A stretch of 64,000 bases of DNA, from the NCBI GenBank assembly GCA_040954595.2, contig CM082580.2, forward strand, positions 9,154,390 through 9,218,389, written 5' to 3'. The stretch comes from Balanoglossus misakiensis. Its lineage: Eukaryota; Animalia; Hemichordata. The notes below the pieces were generated by a model. That model did not search any database and was not told the origin of the DNA. It saw only the letters and a list, made by a program, of their open reading frames with translations. The translations under genes were made by a program, and so were the position numbers. This document shows, piece by piece, positions 48,955 to 58,981 of the stretch. Position 1 is the first letter of the stretch; each line of letters opens with the position of its first letter.

Positions 48955-51617
48955 CTACACACGATTACTGTCGCCTGTGTCCGCCGGGAGAAGATGATGT
49001 GTGTCGTTGGTTTGTAGTTGCTGTTGTTGTTGTTCGCGCATTATTTCTTCGTAAGTCGGCGGTTGTGCAGGTTGGATCATTATGGCTGAAAAAGAAATGC
49101 AAACGGAGTAAATATGTATTTTGCGTTTCGCGCTTTGACTTTTTGTGACAATCGACGTGGGCAAGAAAAAAAGTACGATGTCTGTGTGTGAAGTTGAAAA
49201 CGTCATCATCAGTCAACCAGGTAACTGTAATTATTATACATGTGTACTTTTATGGAAACTGCGTTGTTTGTGTTAGATAAACGCATCTCATATAGGACCA
49301 GTTGCCTTTGGTGTCAACTGCTGTAGTCTTGGTCAGAAAAAATCACGCATCATATTAAAAAATGTCGCTGTTTGACCAAACCGAGCCTGGCTGATACTTA
49401 CGTGCTGGTCGTTCGGTGTATTCGTGCACCTGAGCGATGGAGGCAGTCTGTAAGTACGGTTCCACCAAATGTTCCGGGACCATCAGTGTGACTTCGGCGC
49501 CGATCGGGACATTCACATCCTCGCACGTAACTCCCCGGTGAATCTGGTACGAAGACAGTTAGAAGTCATTTTGAGGATGAAATGGTAAACGATACTTAGC
49601 TTGATTTGGTACTCCGATACTAATTTACGAGGCAACTGAAGTCGGCCCACAAGACAGCCATACCACCTTCCCCCTCCTATTAAAACTTGAATAGTACACA
49701 AGCGCCGCTATCAAACAAGTTCCCGGGGCTTACCGCGTAGAACGGACACGACAGAAGGCAACACGGCAGGCAGAGAATCCACCAGCCGGCCGTCTCTCGG
49801 TTGCAACGGAAACAGGAGGCGTACTTGCTGGCGTTGGTGAGACACACGCGGCCGTATTTGCCGAAGATGCTACCGGTGCAGGCGCCGTCCGACTGCTGAG
49901 CGGCCACCGAGTACCATTCTCTCACCGGTGTCGTGAAGTCGAACTGAAAAGGACACGCGAGATCATGGTCAATAAAATACAATCATGCTAGAATTGCCGT
50001 CAGTTAGCAAACCAAACACCATGAGTAGGGATCTCAGTGTTATTTTACCAAAGGGTCCGAGGTAAAACAAGATTACACGTGAAGATTTGGTCTTCCTTGC
50101 CTCTGATGGCGGAAAACACAAATCATGTCTACACGCATGTATTTTTACATCCCGGCACATACAAATTAAGTTTAAGTAAAATCATTTCCTGGTATATTGA
50201 TTCTTGAAGTAACGTATAGGTCACTGTTGGAGACATAGACTGCAGCATGTATTGACCACAAACGTTTGAACGGCTATTATAAATGTAACACATGGCCGAA
50301 CGTATATTTCTTACTTCCACACTGAACTGCTTGCCTTCTGCCATCAGCCTCTTGGCTTCATTGAATCCACGTTCGATCTGTTGTCGTATGTGTGGATGTC
50401 TGGTGTTGACAAGGACCGCAAAATGGACTGTAATAACACCACCAGGAAAGAAAAGAAAATATTAGTGGGTGCAACAAAAAGCAATAGCTGTTGTATTTGA
50501 GGGACAAAGTCATAATTCTGTCGTAATTCCAAAATCTCAAATCCAACCAAATGCCGAGATTTTAACACGTTTTCTCCACATGCAATTTAATAGAATCCCC
50601 AAATAGTTGCCATCGCGTTGAGCATGAAAACTCACTTTTGTAAACTATAGTCACGACTCCAAGGGCGAGTTTCCGACTACAGAACACGTCCAGAAACATT
50701 GGTTTGCTGAGAACATTCTGTCGCCACTGTTCGAGTTCTTGGTCGTTCCTCACTTTGATTATCCTGCGGATGAATATAAGGGAGTGTGAGAAGAGTCGTG
50801 ATGCGGTCAAGAAAGAGAAACGCGGTTTCCAAAAACTGGAAAGATAGTCTAGGCTGAGGATTTGACGATCGAATCTCAACTTTATGTTGATCGGGAACCG
50901 CGAAATCGCCCTTCAGGCTTTTGTAAAAAAAACCTTCAAATTTGTTTTAAATATTGCGATATGTTTGGTGCGCATTTACCCGAAAAATTAAAGTACTAAA
51001 CAAAACACGAATAGGCAGTGAAACCGAAGTTGTATTTAGATGTGATCACACCCATGGTAGGCCCGACCTACCGATGATTTATTAGTCTGGGAACGACTTG
51101 CAGTGCAAACATTTGTCACCTGGAGCGCAAGAACGTGCCTCAGCAAGAAACTATGCTTGCGTTGCGAAATTTGGGTCAAACGGCCAACTTTAGGCCTACT
51201 ATGCATGTTTCAAGCACGTACGTTCGACATGGGTATACATCGGTCAGCGAGGGTCTTTTTGGATATTAAAGTACTAGTTTAGTATACACTGACAGCTTTC
51301 AGTATGCTACTGGCACATTGTCCAAGTTAACCATCAGGCGCTGTCAGGGGATTAACAGTCTTGTCACCAGCGAATATTTACTTCCGTGTTTGGCGTTAAC
51401 TTGGTAGGGCATTTCTGTTGACGCGTACAACTTACCCTCCATACGTGCTCCTGAACGTGCTCTTGTAGCGACTGGAATGCAAGAACACGTTAACTCGGTT
51501 CGGGTCGTGTCGTAGACCGCCGTCGGGACAGACCTGGAAGCAGCTCGGTAGGCTGGCTAGGAAGTCCGGCATGGACGATACGGCGATCATCATGTCGTCG
51601 GACAGAGGAGACACCAT
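48955..51617 (-). CDS. Uncharacterised 301-aa protein with a Cys-rich hydrophobic segment and C-terminal PPxY motif, 6 exons
   Basis: Exons 51617-51436, 50763-50636, 50427-50315, 49943-49734, 49543-49402 and 49085-48955 have CAG acceptors and GTRAG donors. Phases are compatible (2,1,0,0,1) and the exons sum to 906 nt with no internal stop. Good Kozak context (GCCAGCATGG). Confidence 0.8.
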
Positions 51618-52407
51618 GCTGGCCGCGTAGTGTACGTTTCGGGTTGACGTGTAGCCCGCAATATGCAGTGCGTCTTGCACGGAATTATCGAGTGTGGTCG
51701 CAAAACGGGACAGGCTGTGTCGTCGCCAGCCCGTTCTTGTGCAAGCTAGGACGACTTTCAGACTCCGCTGACGAAAAACCACGCGTCGATTTGCATCCGC
51801 AAGAGATATCCTTCTCAACACGAAGTTCTGTGACGTATTATTCGTAGTTGTTTACCTAGTATTGTGACCTTTAAATAAACTGTGACCCGGGGTAGCCTCG
51901 TTTTGGAATACTGGTACCACAGGTGTTGATCGCGTACAAGAAGTTGCGTGCAAGTATCTTTATTCGCCATTCACTGTAGTTTTATTAAGGTAAAAAGAGA
52001 GTATAAATTTGCTAAGTAACCACAAGAAAATATACGGTCACGACAAAGGTAAAATCCTGTAGATAAAATTGGAAATCCTAAGCTGTACACTATACAGTAG
52101 TATTATACTAGTATGTCTTGCATATTTGTTTGAAAACAAGTCTTGGTGTGACTATGGAACCGCGTCTTGGCAATAACCTTGGAGAAAAAACGTTGTAATC
52201 AATCAAAAAACATTACATGTATTTTCTTGCGTACTTGTCAAAGTTGCTGCTCTGTGAAACTGACAGTGAAATGTACTGACAGTGATCAGTGAAAGTGTTT
52301 TTCGCAAAGAATTGTGGGCAGTAAAGGTTAACGCCCTTTATCTGAGCTGATACCAGTACGCCCAGTACGATGACAAAAGCATTGTTTTGGCTCGACGTGA
52401 ATGCAAT

Positions 52408-54633
52408 ATGGCTACCGGCGGCGAAGAGTCCAAGCTTTTGAAGGAAATTGACGAAAATTTTCTGATTTGTAGTATTTGTTCCGAGCGATTTAAGAACGCG
52501 AAAGTTCTGCCGTGTCTTCACACGTTTTGCGAGCAGTGTCTGAGCGATCTTGTGGACAAAACCGGGAAATTGGACTGTCCACTTTGTCGACGTTCACACG
52601 AGCTGCCGGGCGGGGGAGTGGCGAAGCTCTCGTCCATGTCGTTTGTCAACGAACTCGTCGAACTCTTTGATAGACGCGATGCTCAGTATGTCGAGGCAGT
52701 CAGCTGTGGCGGTTGTACCGCGAATGAGTCGACGAAACACTGCGTCGAGTGCAGATTCGATCTGTGCGACACTTGCGCCGAGGTCCACGGCAGACTGCCA
52801 TGCAGCAGTTCCCACCGCGTCATCGGACTGGCCGAGTACAAGAGCAAACAGAGCGAGGACCCGGCGTCGGTTCAACCCCCTGTCCACTGCAAGAAGCACC
52901 CGAAGCACTCGGTGACTTACTACTGCGACACCTGCGACCAGCCCATCTGTCTGGAATGCACCATCCTGGATCATCCGAGACCCGAGCACGTCTGCCGTTA
53001 CCTGGACGACGCGGCGTCGGCGTACTCGAAAGATCTGAGGGAAACGATTGTGAGACTGAAAGCAAAGAAACACGAAGCGACCGCCAGCAAAGCCTCGATT
53101 CAGAAGGTACTGGATGCGTTAGACGATCGGTTGCCGAGGGAAACGGAGAAGCTACGTTCGCACGCAGACAGGATCGTCGCCGAGGTAACACAAGTGATTC
53201 GGGAGAACGAAGAGAAGTTGTACTGTGACTTGCTGAAAGAGTGCGGCGAGAGGAAAGCAAACCTCGACGGCCAACTAAAGGACCTCACCAGCAAAGAAAG
53301 CGACCTCGAAAATGCACAAGAGTTTGCGGATAGACTGATGCAATACGGGAGCGCCGCTCAGTTGATGTCGGCCAAGAAGGAGATGTCCTCTCAGATACAA
53401 GAACTGTTGGGAATCGACACCACAATCGCACCGGCCGAGGACAGTTGCATCGAGTTCAGGGGTTTTGACGACTTCTGCGACAGCAAGATTCTGGGGGAGA
53501 TTCTGACGGGTGGGGTGTATGTGCTGGGGGATGTTCCGAAGTCGGCGAGGGTGGGGGACGACGTCTGCGTCACCGTCACACCACAAGAAGAGGGAAAAGA
53601 GAGGGTGCCCGTGGAGAAGGTGGAAGCCACGATATGTAAACCGGACAGCCAGACAGACAACATGCAGATAACGGTAAAAGGCGGCGGGTCGTTCACACTG
53701 AAAACCAAGGTCGAAAGCGAAGGTGAACACGAACTGTCTGTGAAAGTGGGCAGGAAGGCGGTTCACGGCTCCCCGGCCAAAATGAAAGTCTTTCCAAAGA
53801 AAGGCCTGCTCAGTAAGTTTGGGAGCCAGGGATCTGGAAGGGATCAGCTCCGCGAGCAACACGGTGTCATTCAGACCAAAAAAGGCCATTTGCTGGTGTG
53901 CGACAAGGGAAACAAGAGGTTACAATCTTTCACGGTGAACGGCGACCACAACAGAGCGATTCCGGTGGCCGGCGATTCGGGCGATTCTTACAGCCCGTGC
54001 CACATTACGGAGTCTGTGGAAGGGGACATATTATTCACGGACCGGTCAAAACAGAAAGTGGTCGTGTGCAACGCCAACGAGAGTCTCAAGCCGATAAGGT
54101 CCTTCGGGAGCAACGAGCTGCAAGGTCCCCACGGAATCGCCGCCAGCCCCGTCAACGGCCGAGTGTACGTGGCCGACATCTCTTCCCACTGCGTTCGAAT
54201 CTACAGCCAAGACGGAAAATACGTCAAGTCGTTTGGCAGCCACGGCAGCGGCAGCGGCCAGCTGTACCACCCCTGGGGGCTGTGCATCAACACCAAGGGG
54301 AAGGTGCTGGTGGCGGAAAAGCACAACCACCGCGTCCAGGTGTTCAACGAAGACGGCGAGCATCTCTACTGTTTCGGCAGCCAGGGCAAGGCCGACGGTC
54401 TGTTCACTCAACCGTCCGGCGTCACCGCCGACTCTGCTGATAACGTCTACGTGTGCGAGTTTGGCGGCAGTCGAGTGCAGAAGTTCGACAGCCAGGGCAA
54501 CTTCATCTGCCGCATTGACAGTGCCGCAAGCAAGGCAGAGAGCCCGATCGGCGTCTGCGTGATCGATGGTGACCCCCTGGGCAAAGTCATAGTGGCCGAG
54601 TATAACGGATGCGTAAAAGTCTTTGCCCAGTGA
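52408..54633 (+). CDS. TRIM-NHL E3 ubiquitin ligase (TRIM2/TRIM3-like architecture), copy 1, intronless CDS, 741 aa
   Basis: C3HC4 RING (CSIC...CLHTFCEQC...CPLC), B-box 1, B-box 2 (CKKH...YYCDTCDQPICLECTILDH...H), coiled coil, filamin-like Ig (GEHELSVKVGRKAVHGSP) and NHL repeats (FGSHGSGSGQLYHPWGLC). First ATG at 52408 matches the MATGG start of copy 2. Confidence 0.93.
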   Translation: MATGGEESKLLKEIDENFLICSICSERFKNAKVLPCLHTFCEQCLSDLVDKTGKLDCPLCRRSHELPGGGVAKLSSMSFVNELVELFDRRDAQYVEAVSCGGCTANESTKHCVECRFDLCDTCAEVHGRLPCSSSHRVIGLAEYKSKQSEDPASVQPPVHCKKHPKHSVTYYCDTCDQPICLECTILDHPRPEHVCRYLDDAASAYSKDLRETIVRLKAKKHEATASKASIQKVLDALDDRLPRETEKLRSHADRIVAEVTQVIRENEEKLYCDLLKECGERKANLDGQLKDLTSKESDLENAQEFADRLMQYGSAAQLMSAKKEMSSQIQELLGIDTTIAPAEDSCIEFRGFDDFCDSKILGEILTGGVYVLGDVPKSARVGDDVCVTVTPQEEGKERVPVEKVEATICKPDSQTDNMQITVKGGGSFTLKTKVESEGEHELSVKVGRKAVHGSPAKMKVFPKKGLLSKFGSQGSGRDQLREQHGVIQTKKGHLLVCDKGNKRLQSFTVNGDHNRAIPVAGDSGDSYSPCHITESVEGDILFTDRSKQKVVVCNANESLKPIRSFGSNELQGPHGIAASPVNGRVYVADISSHCVRIYSQDGKYVKSFGSHGSGSGQLYHPWGLCINTKGKVLVAEKHNHRVQVFNEDGEHLYCFGSQGKADGLFTQPSGVTADSADNVYVCEFGGSRVQKFDSQGNFICRIDSAASKAESPIGVCVIDGDPLGKVIVAEYNGCVKVFAQ

Positions 54634-55401
54634 GGTATATGAGGACACCTGCAGGTTTTGTGTGGTGTGATATCTGGAATTGACCTGCCCGTGAATAGCT
54701 TGGCAAAATAGTAAAAGTGACATTTTTCCTCATATCAGCCAAAATTGGCCGAAACTGGCGAAAGCCCCAGTAGAGAACTCTGGGGTTTAACATGACAATG
54801 TGGTTGTACCAGCTATAACTGTCTATTTATACCACGTTGTTCCACCAAATTCCTATCGATACAAAGACCAGGGCGTCGCATTTATGACATTCCTAACAAT
54901 TAATGAGCCAAACTGCACAATGGGGAGAGGAAATATTTGTCTTTGTTATGTATTTCTGTGAGAAAAAACTAGAACACATCGCTGACCGTAGCAAGACCAG
55001 TGTACTCAGCAATTTCAAATATTTGCACTTTTAAACGAGGACGTTTTGCGACAGTTTGCAATATCAAACAGCTTCATACTTTGTGAGATGTACCTCCTAC
55101 AATCAATATATTTTTATGATGTCGATTTTCTGTATTTTAAGCTTTAAGCCTTAAAAATTCTGTGGGAATAAGGTGCAAACGTAAAGGAATATTAGGGCGT
55201 TGTCTCTGATTGCAGAAACTTGAAATGTGACAGTGATTGAATATTTAAAGTGTTGGGAAAATATAGCAATGCAACAGTGGAATCTCTAGTAATCTAAGGC
55301 AATTATTATATTCATCACAGTTATAGGGTGGCTTACAATGTATTGAAAGCACTGATTTTCCATTGCCTTCGTAAATAAAAAATTCTGGAATTAGAAGTAG
55401 G

Positions 55402-55478
55402 TTCTGTCTGTCTGACGTCTGTCTGTCTGTCTGTCTGTCTCTGTCTCTGTCTCTCTCTCACTCTCACTCTCTCTCTCT
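55402..55478. repeat. Compound (GTCT)n/(CT)n microsatellite
   Basis: tctgtctgtctgacgtctgtctgtctgtctgtctgtctctgtctctgtctctctctcactctcactctctctctct. Confidence 0.85.
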
Positions 55479-55551
55479 TACACAGTCTGTTACAGTAATG
55501 AATGCTGTAATAATGCACCTAAAAGGACTACTGCAAACAACGGTGAAAACA

Positions 55552-55642
55552 AAATGAAAACGAAATCATGATACCTCGGACAAGTTTCTCCGAAATCGCA
55601 TGCGCTCCCGGAAGACTGTCATGGCAGATACGTTTCTTAGAA
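55552..55642 (+). promoter_or_regulatory. ISRE-like plus GAS (STAT) motif cluster upstream of TRIM copy 2
   Basis: AAATGAAAACGAAAT (55552-55566, fits AANNGAAANNGAAA), TTCTCCGAA (55586-55594), CTCCCGGAA (about 55605-55613, one mismatch) and TTCTTAGAA (55634-55642). Confidence 0.45.
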
Positions 55643-55885
55643 AATGTTATTCAGTAAATTGTTGTCAACAGATTTGATTTAGTTACAAATTTCGTAATAA
55701 GTTTATAGAAGTAGAAATTATTATGTTATTAGCATTAAGCGCTGTGGAACCACGGTTTGAAAATACAGGAATCGCTTGCAAGCTGACTATCGACTCCAGA
55801 CTAACCATCATTCACTGCTGCGAAAGGGTAAAGTTCAATATTCGTACAAACTGCTGACCTGACAATTTATTCTTTTGGTAACAAA

Positions 55886-58105
55886 ATGGCGACTGGTGGC
55901 TCAGAGTCTAAGCTCTTGAAGGAAATTGACGAGAATTTCCTCGAGTGCAGCATTTGTACCGAACGTTACACGAGTGCTAAAGTTCTACGATGTCTCCACA
56001 CGTTTTGCGAGCAGTGCCTGAGCGATCTTGTCGATAAAACGGGGAAGCTGGACTGTCCGCTGTGCCGACGCTCGCACAAACTTCCTGCTGGCGGGGTCGC
56101 CAAACTCTCGACCAATATCTTCGTCAACGCGCTCGCCGAGCTCTTCCGAAATCGCGACGCCCAGTCCGCCAAGTCAAACAACTGTGGAGGTTGTGAGCGA
56201 AGGGAATCTTCCAAACACTGCATCGAGTGTAGGTGCGATCTTTGCGATGTGTGCGCCGAGCCCCATGCGAGACTTCCCGCCACGCGTTCTCACCGCGTCA
56301 TCGGACTCACCGAGTACAAGACCAAACAGTCCAAGGATCCGGCGTCGGTTCAACCTCCCGTTCACTGCGAAAACCACCCGGTCCATCCCGTGACGTACTA
56401 CTGCGATACCTGTGAGCATGCCATCTGCCTGGAATGCACCATCCTGGATCATCCACGACCCGAGCACGTCTGCCGTTACCTTGACAAGGCCGCGTTGGAC
56501 TATTCGAAAGATCTGCAGGCAATGGTGCTGAAACTGGCCGAAAAGAAGAACGAGGCGAAGCGAAGCAGAGAGGAGGTGGAGAAAGTATCCGAGTCGCTCG
56601 ACGGTCGCTTCCAGACGGAAACGCAAAAGCTCCGCACGCACGCTGACAATATTATCAGAGAGGTGACGCAGATAATACGGGGAAATGAAGAGAAATTGTA
56701 CAGCGAGTTGAAGACCGAATATGATGGGCGGAAAAGTAACCTATGCGCCCAGCTGAAGGACCTCGCCGGCAAAGAGAGCGACCTGGAAAACGCCGAAGAG
56801 TTTGCAGGTAAACTTATGCAGTACGGGAGCGCCGCTCAGTTGATGTCGGCCAAGAAGGAGATGTCGACCCAGATACAAGAACTGTTGAAAAGTGAAACGA
56901 AGATCGAACCAACTGAAGACGATTCCATCGAATTTAAAAGGTTTGATAACTTCCTTGAAAATAAAACGCTAGGCGACGTTCTGACAGGTGCGGTGTACGT
57001 GTTAGGCGATGCACCGAAGTTGGCGAGGGTGGACGACGAAATCTGCATCTCTCTGACCCGCCATGGAAAGAAGAAGCTGCGTGATCGGGGAGACAATGTA
57101 TCGGCGACGATGAGTAATCCTGACAGTACGAAAGAAGACATGCAAGTTACAAGAAACGCCGACGGATCATTTGCACTGAAATGCTGGGTTAAAACGGAAG
57201 GCGAACATGCATTGTCCGTGTTGGTGGGCAAGAAACTAGTGGGGGGTTCGACTGTCAAAATTAAAGTATTTCCCAAGAAGGAATTGGTGAGAAAGTTTGG
57301 GAGCCAGGGATCTGGAAGGGATCAGCTCCGCGAGCAACACGGCGTCATTCAGACCAAAAAAGGCCATTTGCTGGTGTGCGACAAGGGAAACAAGAGGTTG
57401 CAATCTTTCACGGTGAACGGCGACCACAACAAAGCGATTCCGGTGGCCGGCGATTCGGGCGATTCTTACAGCCCGTTCCACATCACTGAGTCGGTGGAAG
57501 GTGACATATTATTCACGGACCAGTCGAAACAGAAAGTGGTCGTGTGCAGCGAGAGTCTCAAGCCAATAAGGTCCTTCGGGAGCAACGAGCTGCAAGGTCC
57601 CCACGGAATCGCCGCCAGCCCCGTCAACGGCCGAGTGTACGTGGCCGACATCTCTTCCCACTGCGTTCGAATCTACAGCCAGGACGGCAAATACGTCAAG
57701 TCATTTGGCAGCCACGGCAGCGGCAACGGCCAGCTGCACCACCCCTGGGGGCTGTGCATTAACACCAAAGGGAATGTCATAGTTGCGGAGCAGAATAACC
57801 ATCGTATTCAAGTGTTCGATCGGGATGGAGAGCATTTGTTTTGTTTCGGTTGTCAAGGAAACGGCGATGGTCAGTTCTCTCAACCATCAGGCGTAACCTG
57901 TGATTCAGCTGATAACGTCTACGTCTGTGACTATGGCGGCGATCGAGTGCAGAAGTTCGACAGCCAGGGCAACTTCATCTGTCGCATAGACAGTGCCGCA
58001 AGCAAGGCAGAGAGCCCGATCGGCGTCTGCGTGATCGATGGTGACCCTTTGGGCAAAGTCATAGTGGCCGAGTATAAGGGATGCGTAAAAGTGTTTGCCC
58101 AGTGA
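55886..58105 (+). CDS. TRIM-NHL E3 ubiquitin ligase (TRIM2/TRIM3-like architecture), copy 2, intronless CDS, 739 aa
   Basis: Same RING-BB1-BB2-CC-filamin-NHL architecture and colinear with copy 1; intact ORF. Confidence 0.93.
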   Translation: MATGGSESKLLKEIDENFLECSICTERYTSAKVLRCLHTFCEQCLSDLVDKTGKLDCPLCRRSHKLPAGGVAKLSTNIFVNALAELFRNRDAQSAKSNNCGGCERRESSKHCIECRCDLCDVCAEPHARLPATRSHRVIGLTEYKTKQSKDPASVQPPVHCENHPVHPVTYYCDTCEHAICLECTILDHPRPEHVCRYLDKAALDYSKDLQAMVLKLAEKKNEAKRSREEVEKVSESLDGRFQTETQKLRTHADNIIREVTQIIRGNEEKLYSELKTEYDGRKSNLCAQLKDLAGKESDLENAEEFAGKLMQYGSAAQLMSAKKEMSTQIQELLKSETKIEPTEDDSIEFKRFDNFLENKTLGDVLTGAVYVLGDAPKLARVDDEICISLTRHGKKKLRDRGDNVSATMSNPDSTKEDMQVTRNADGSFALKCWVKTEGEHALSVLVGKKLVGGSTVKIKVFPKKELVRKFGSQGSGRDQLREQHGVIQTKKGHLLVCDKGNKRLQSFTVNGDHNKAIPVAGDSGDSYSPFHITESVEGDILFTDQSKQKVVVCSESLKPIRSFGSNELQGPHGIAASPVNGRVYVADISSHCVRIYSQDGKYVKSFGSHGSGNGQLHHPWGLCINTKGNVIVAEQNNHRIQVFDRDGEHLFCFGCQGNGDGQFSQPSGVTCDSADNVYVCDYGGDRVQKFDSQGNFICRIDSAASKAESPIGVCVIDGDPLGKVIVAEYKGCVKVFAQ

Positions 58106-58981
58106 GGCAACGAAAGGTAAATCCGAGTACTAAGACATGTTGAATGCTGACGAGAGCCTACACAACCCGGTATTCCTGTAAGTTGAGGTCTCGCCATTTC
58201 TATCAAATTCATGACTTTGTAACCTTGCCCTGTGGAAAAGTGTACAGTATACCAACATCGATTTTTGTGCATGTGTACTGTTTGCTGTTTTTCTTTGCAA
58301 CCACTATTCGTATACAATCAAATATTATGTAGATTAAAAAAATCCTGTTTTTTTGTTGTCCGAAATGCTCAAAATAATCCGAATATCATTCTTAGTTTAT
58401 TAGGCCTATACGTAAAATACACGTTCTTTCATGTATACTTTTGATTGCACTGCGCACGAAAACGCGGGTTTGAATGCAAAACCTGATCAAAATGTATCCT
58501 CATATACTGTATTACATAATACTGTAACTCGATAATACTTCTTGCTGTATTTTGTCACCCTGCAGCTCGATAATCATGATTACACGCGTGCGATTCAAAA
58601 TTTAGATAAGCGATGGCAGCTCAGCTCTCGCTTCGCGTTAGTGACAACCTGTTGATGCGACACGTACGCTTTGAAATAAATACGATATTCACTACAAATT
58701 AAAATTAGTCTCTCTCACAATTTCTTCAACTAGACTCCATTCACGTTTATCTTTCGATAACAGTTATTGGCATTCTTTGTATCATGCATGGAGTACATGT
58801 ATTGAGTTTGTGGTACATGTCTGAAGTGGACATAATATATTACAAATCATAAACAACGCACAATCAACAACGTGGATTGGTCACATATATTAATATTTAT
58901 TTACATTCACTGTCAGCGATCATTTTTTTCTTGACTGAATGTGAATCTAAACAATTGGAATAGAAAATTACTTCGGACAGT

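Noticed and set aside
51618-51821. 68-codon upstream in-frame extension of the unassigned gene
   Set aside because: Non-ATG start; the first ATG with good Kozak context is at 51617.
52387-52407. MARRECN extension of TRIM copy 1 in the ORF track
   Set aside because: Starts at TTG; the paralog begins at MATGG, matching the ATG at 52408.
54046-54723. 225-aa minus-strand ORF and other antisense or alternate-frame ORFs over the TRIM genes
   Set aside because: Shadows of GC-rich coding sequence with no recognisable domains; not preserved intact over the second copy.
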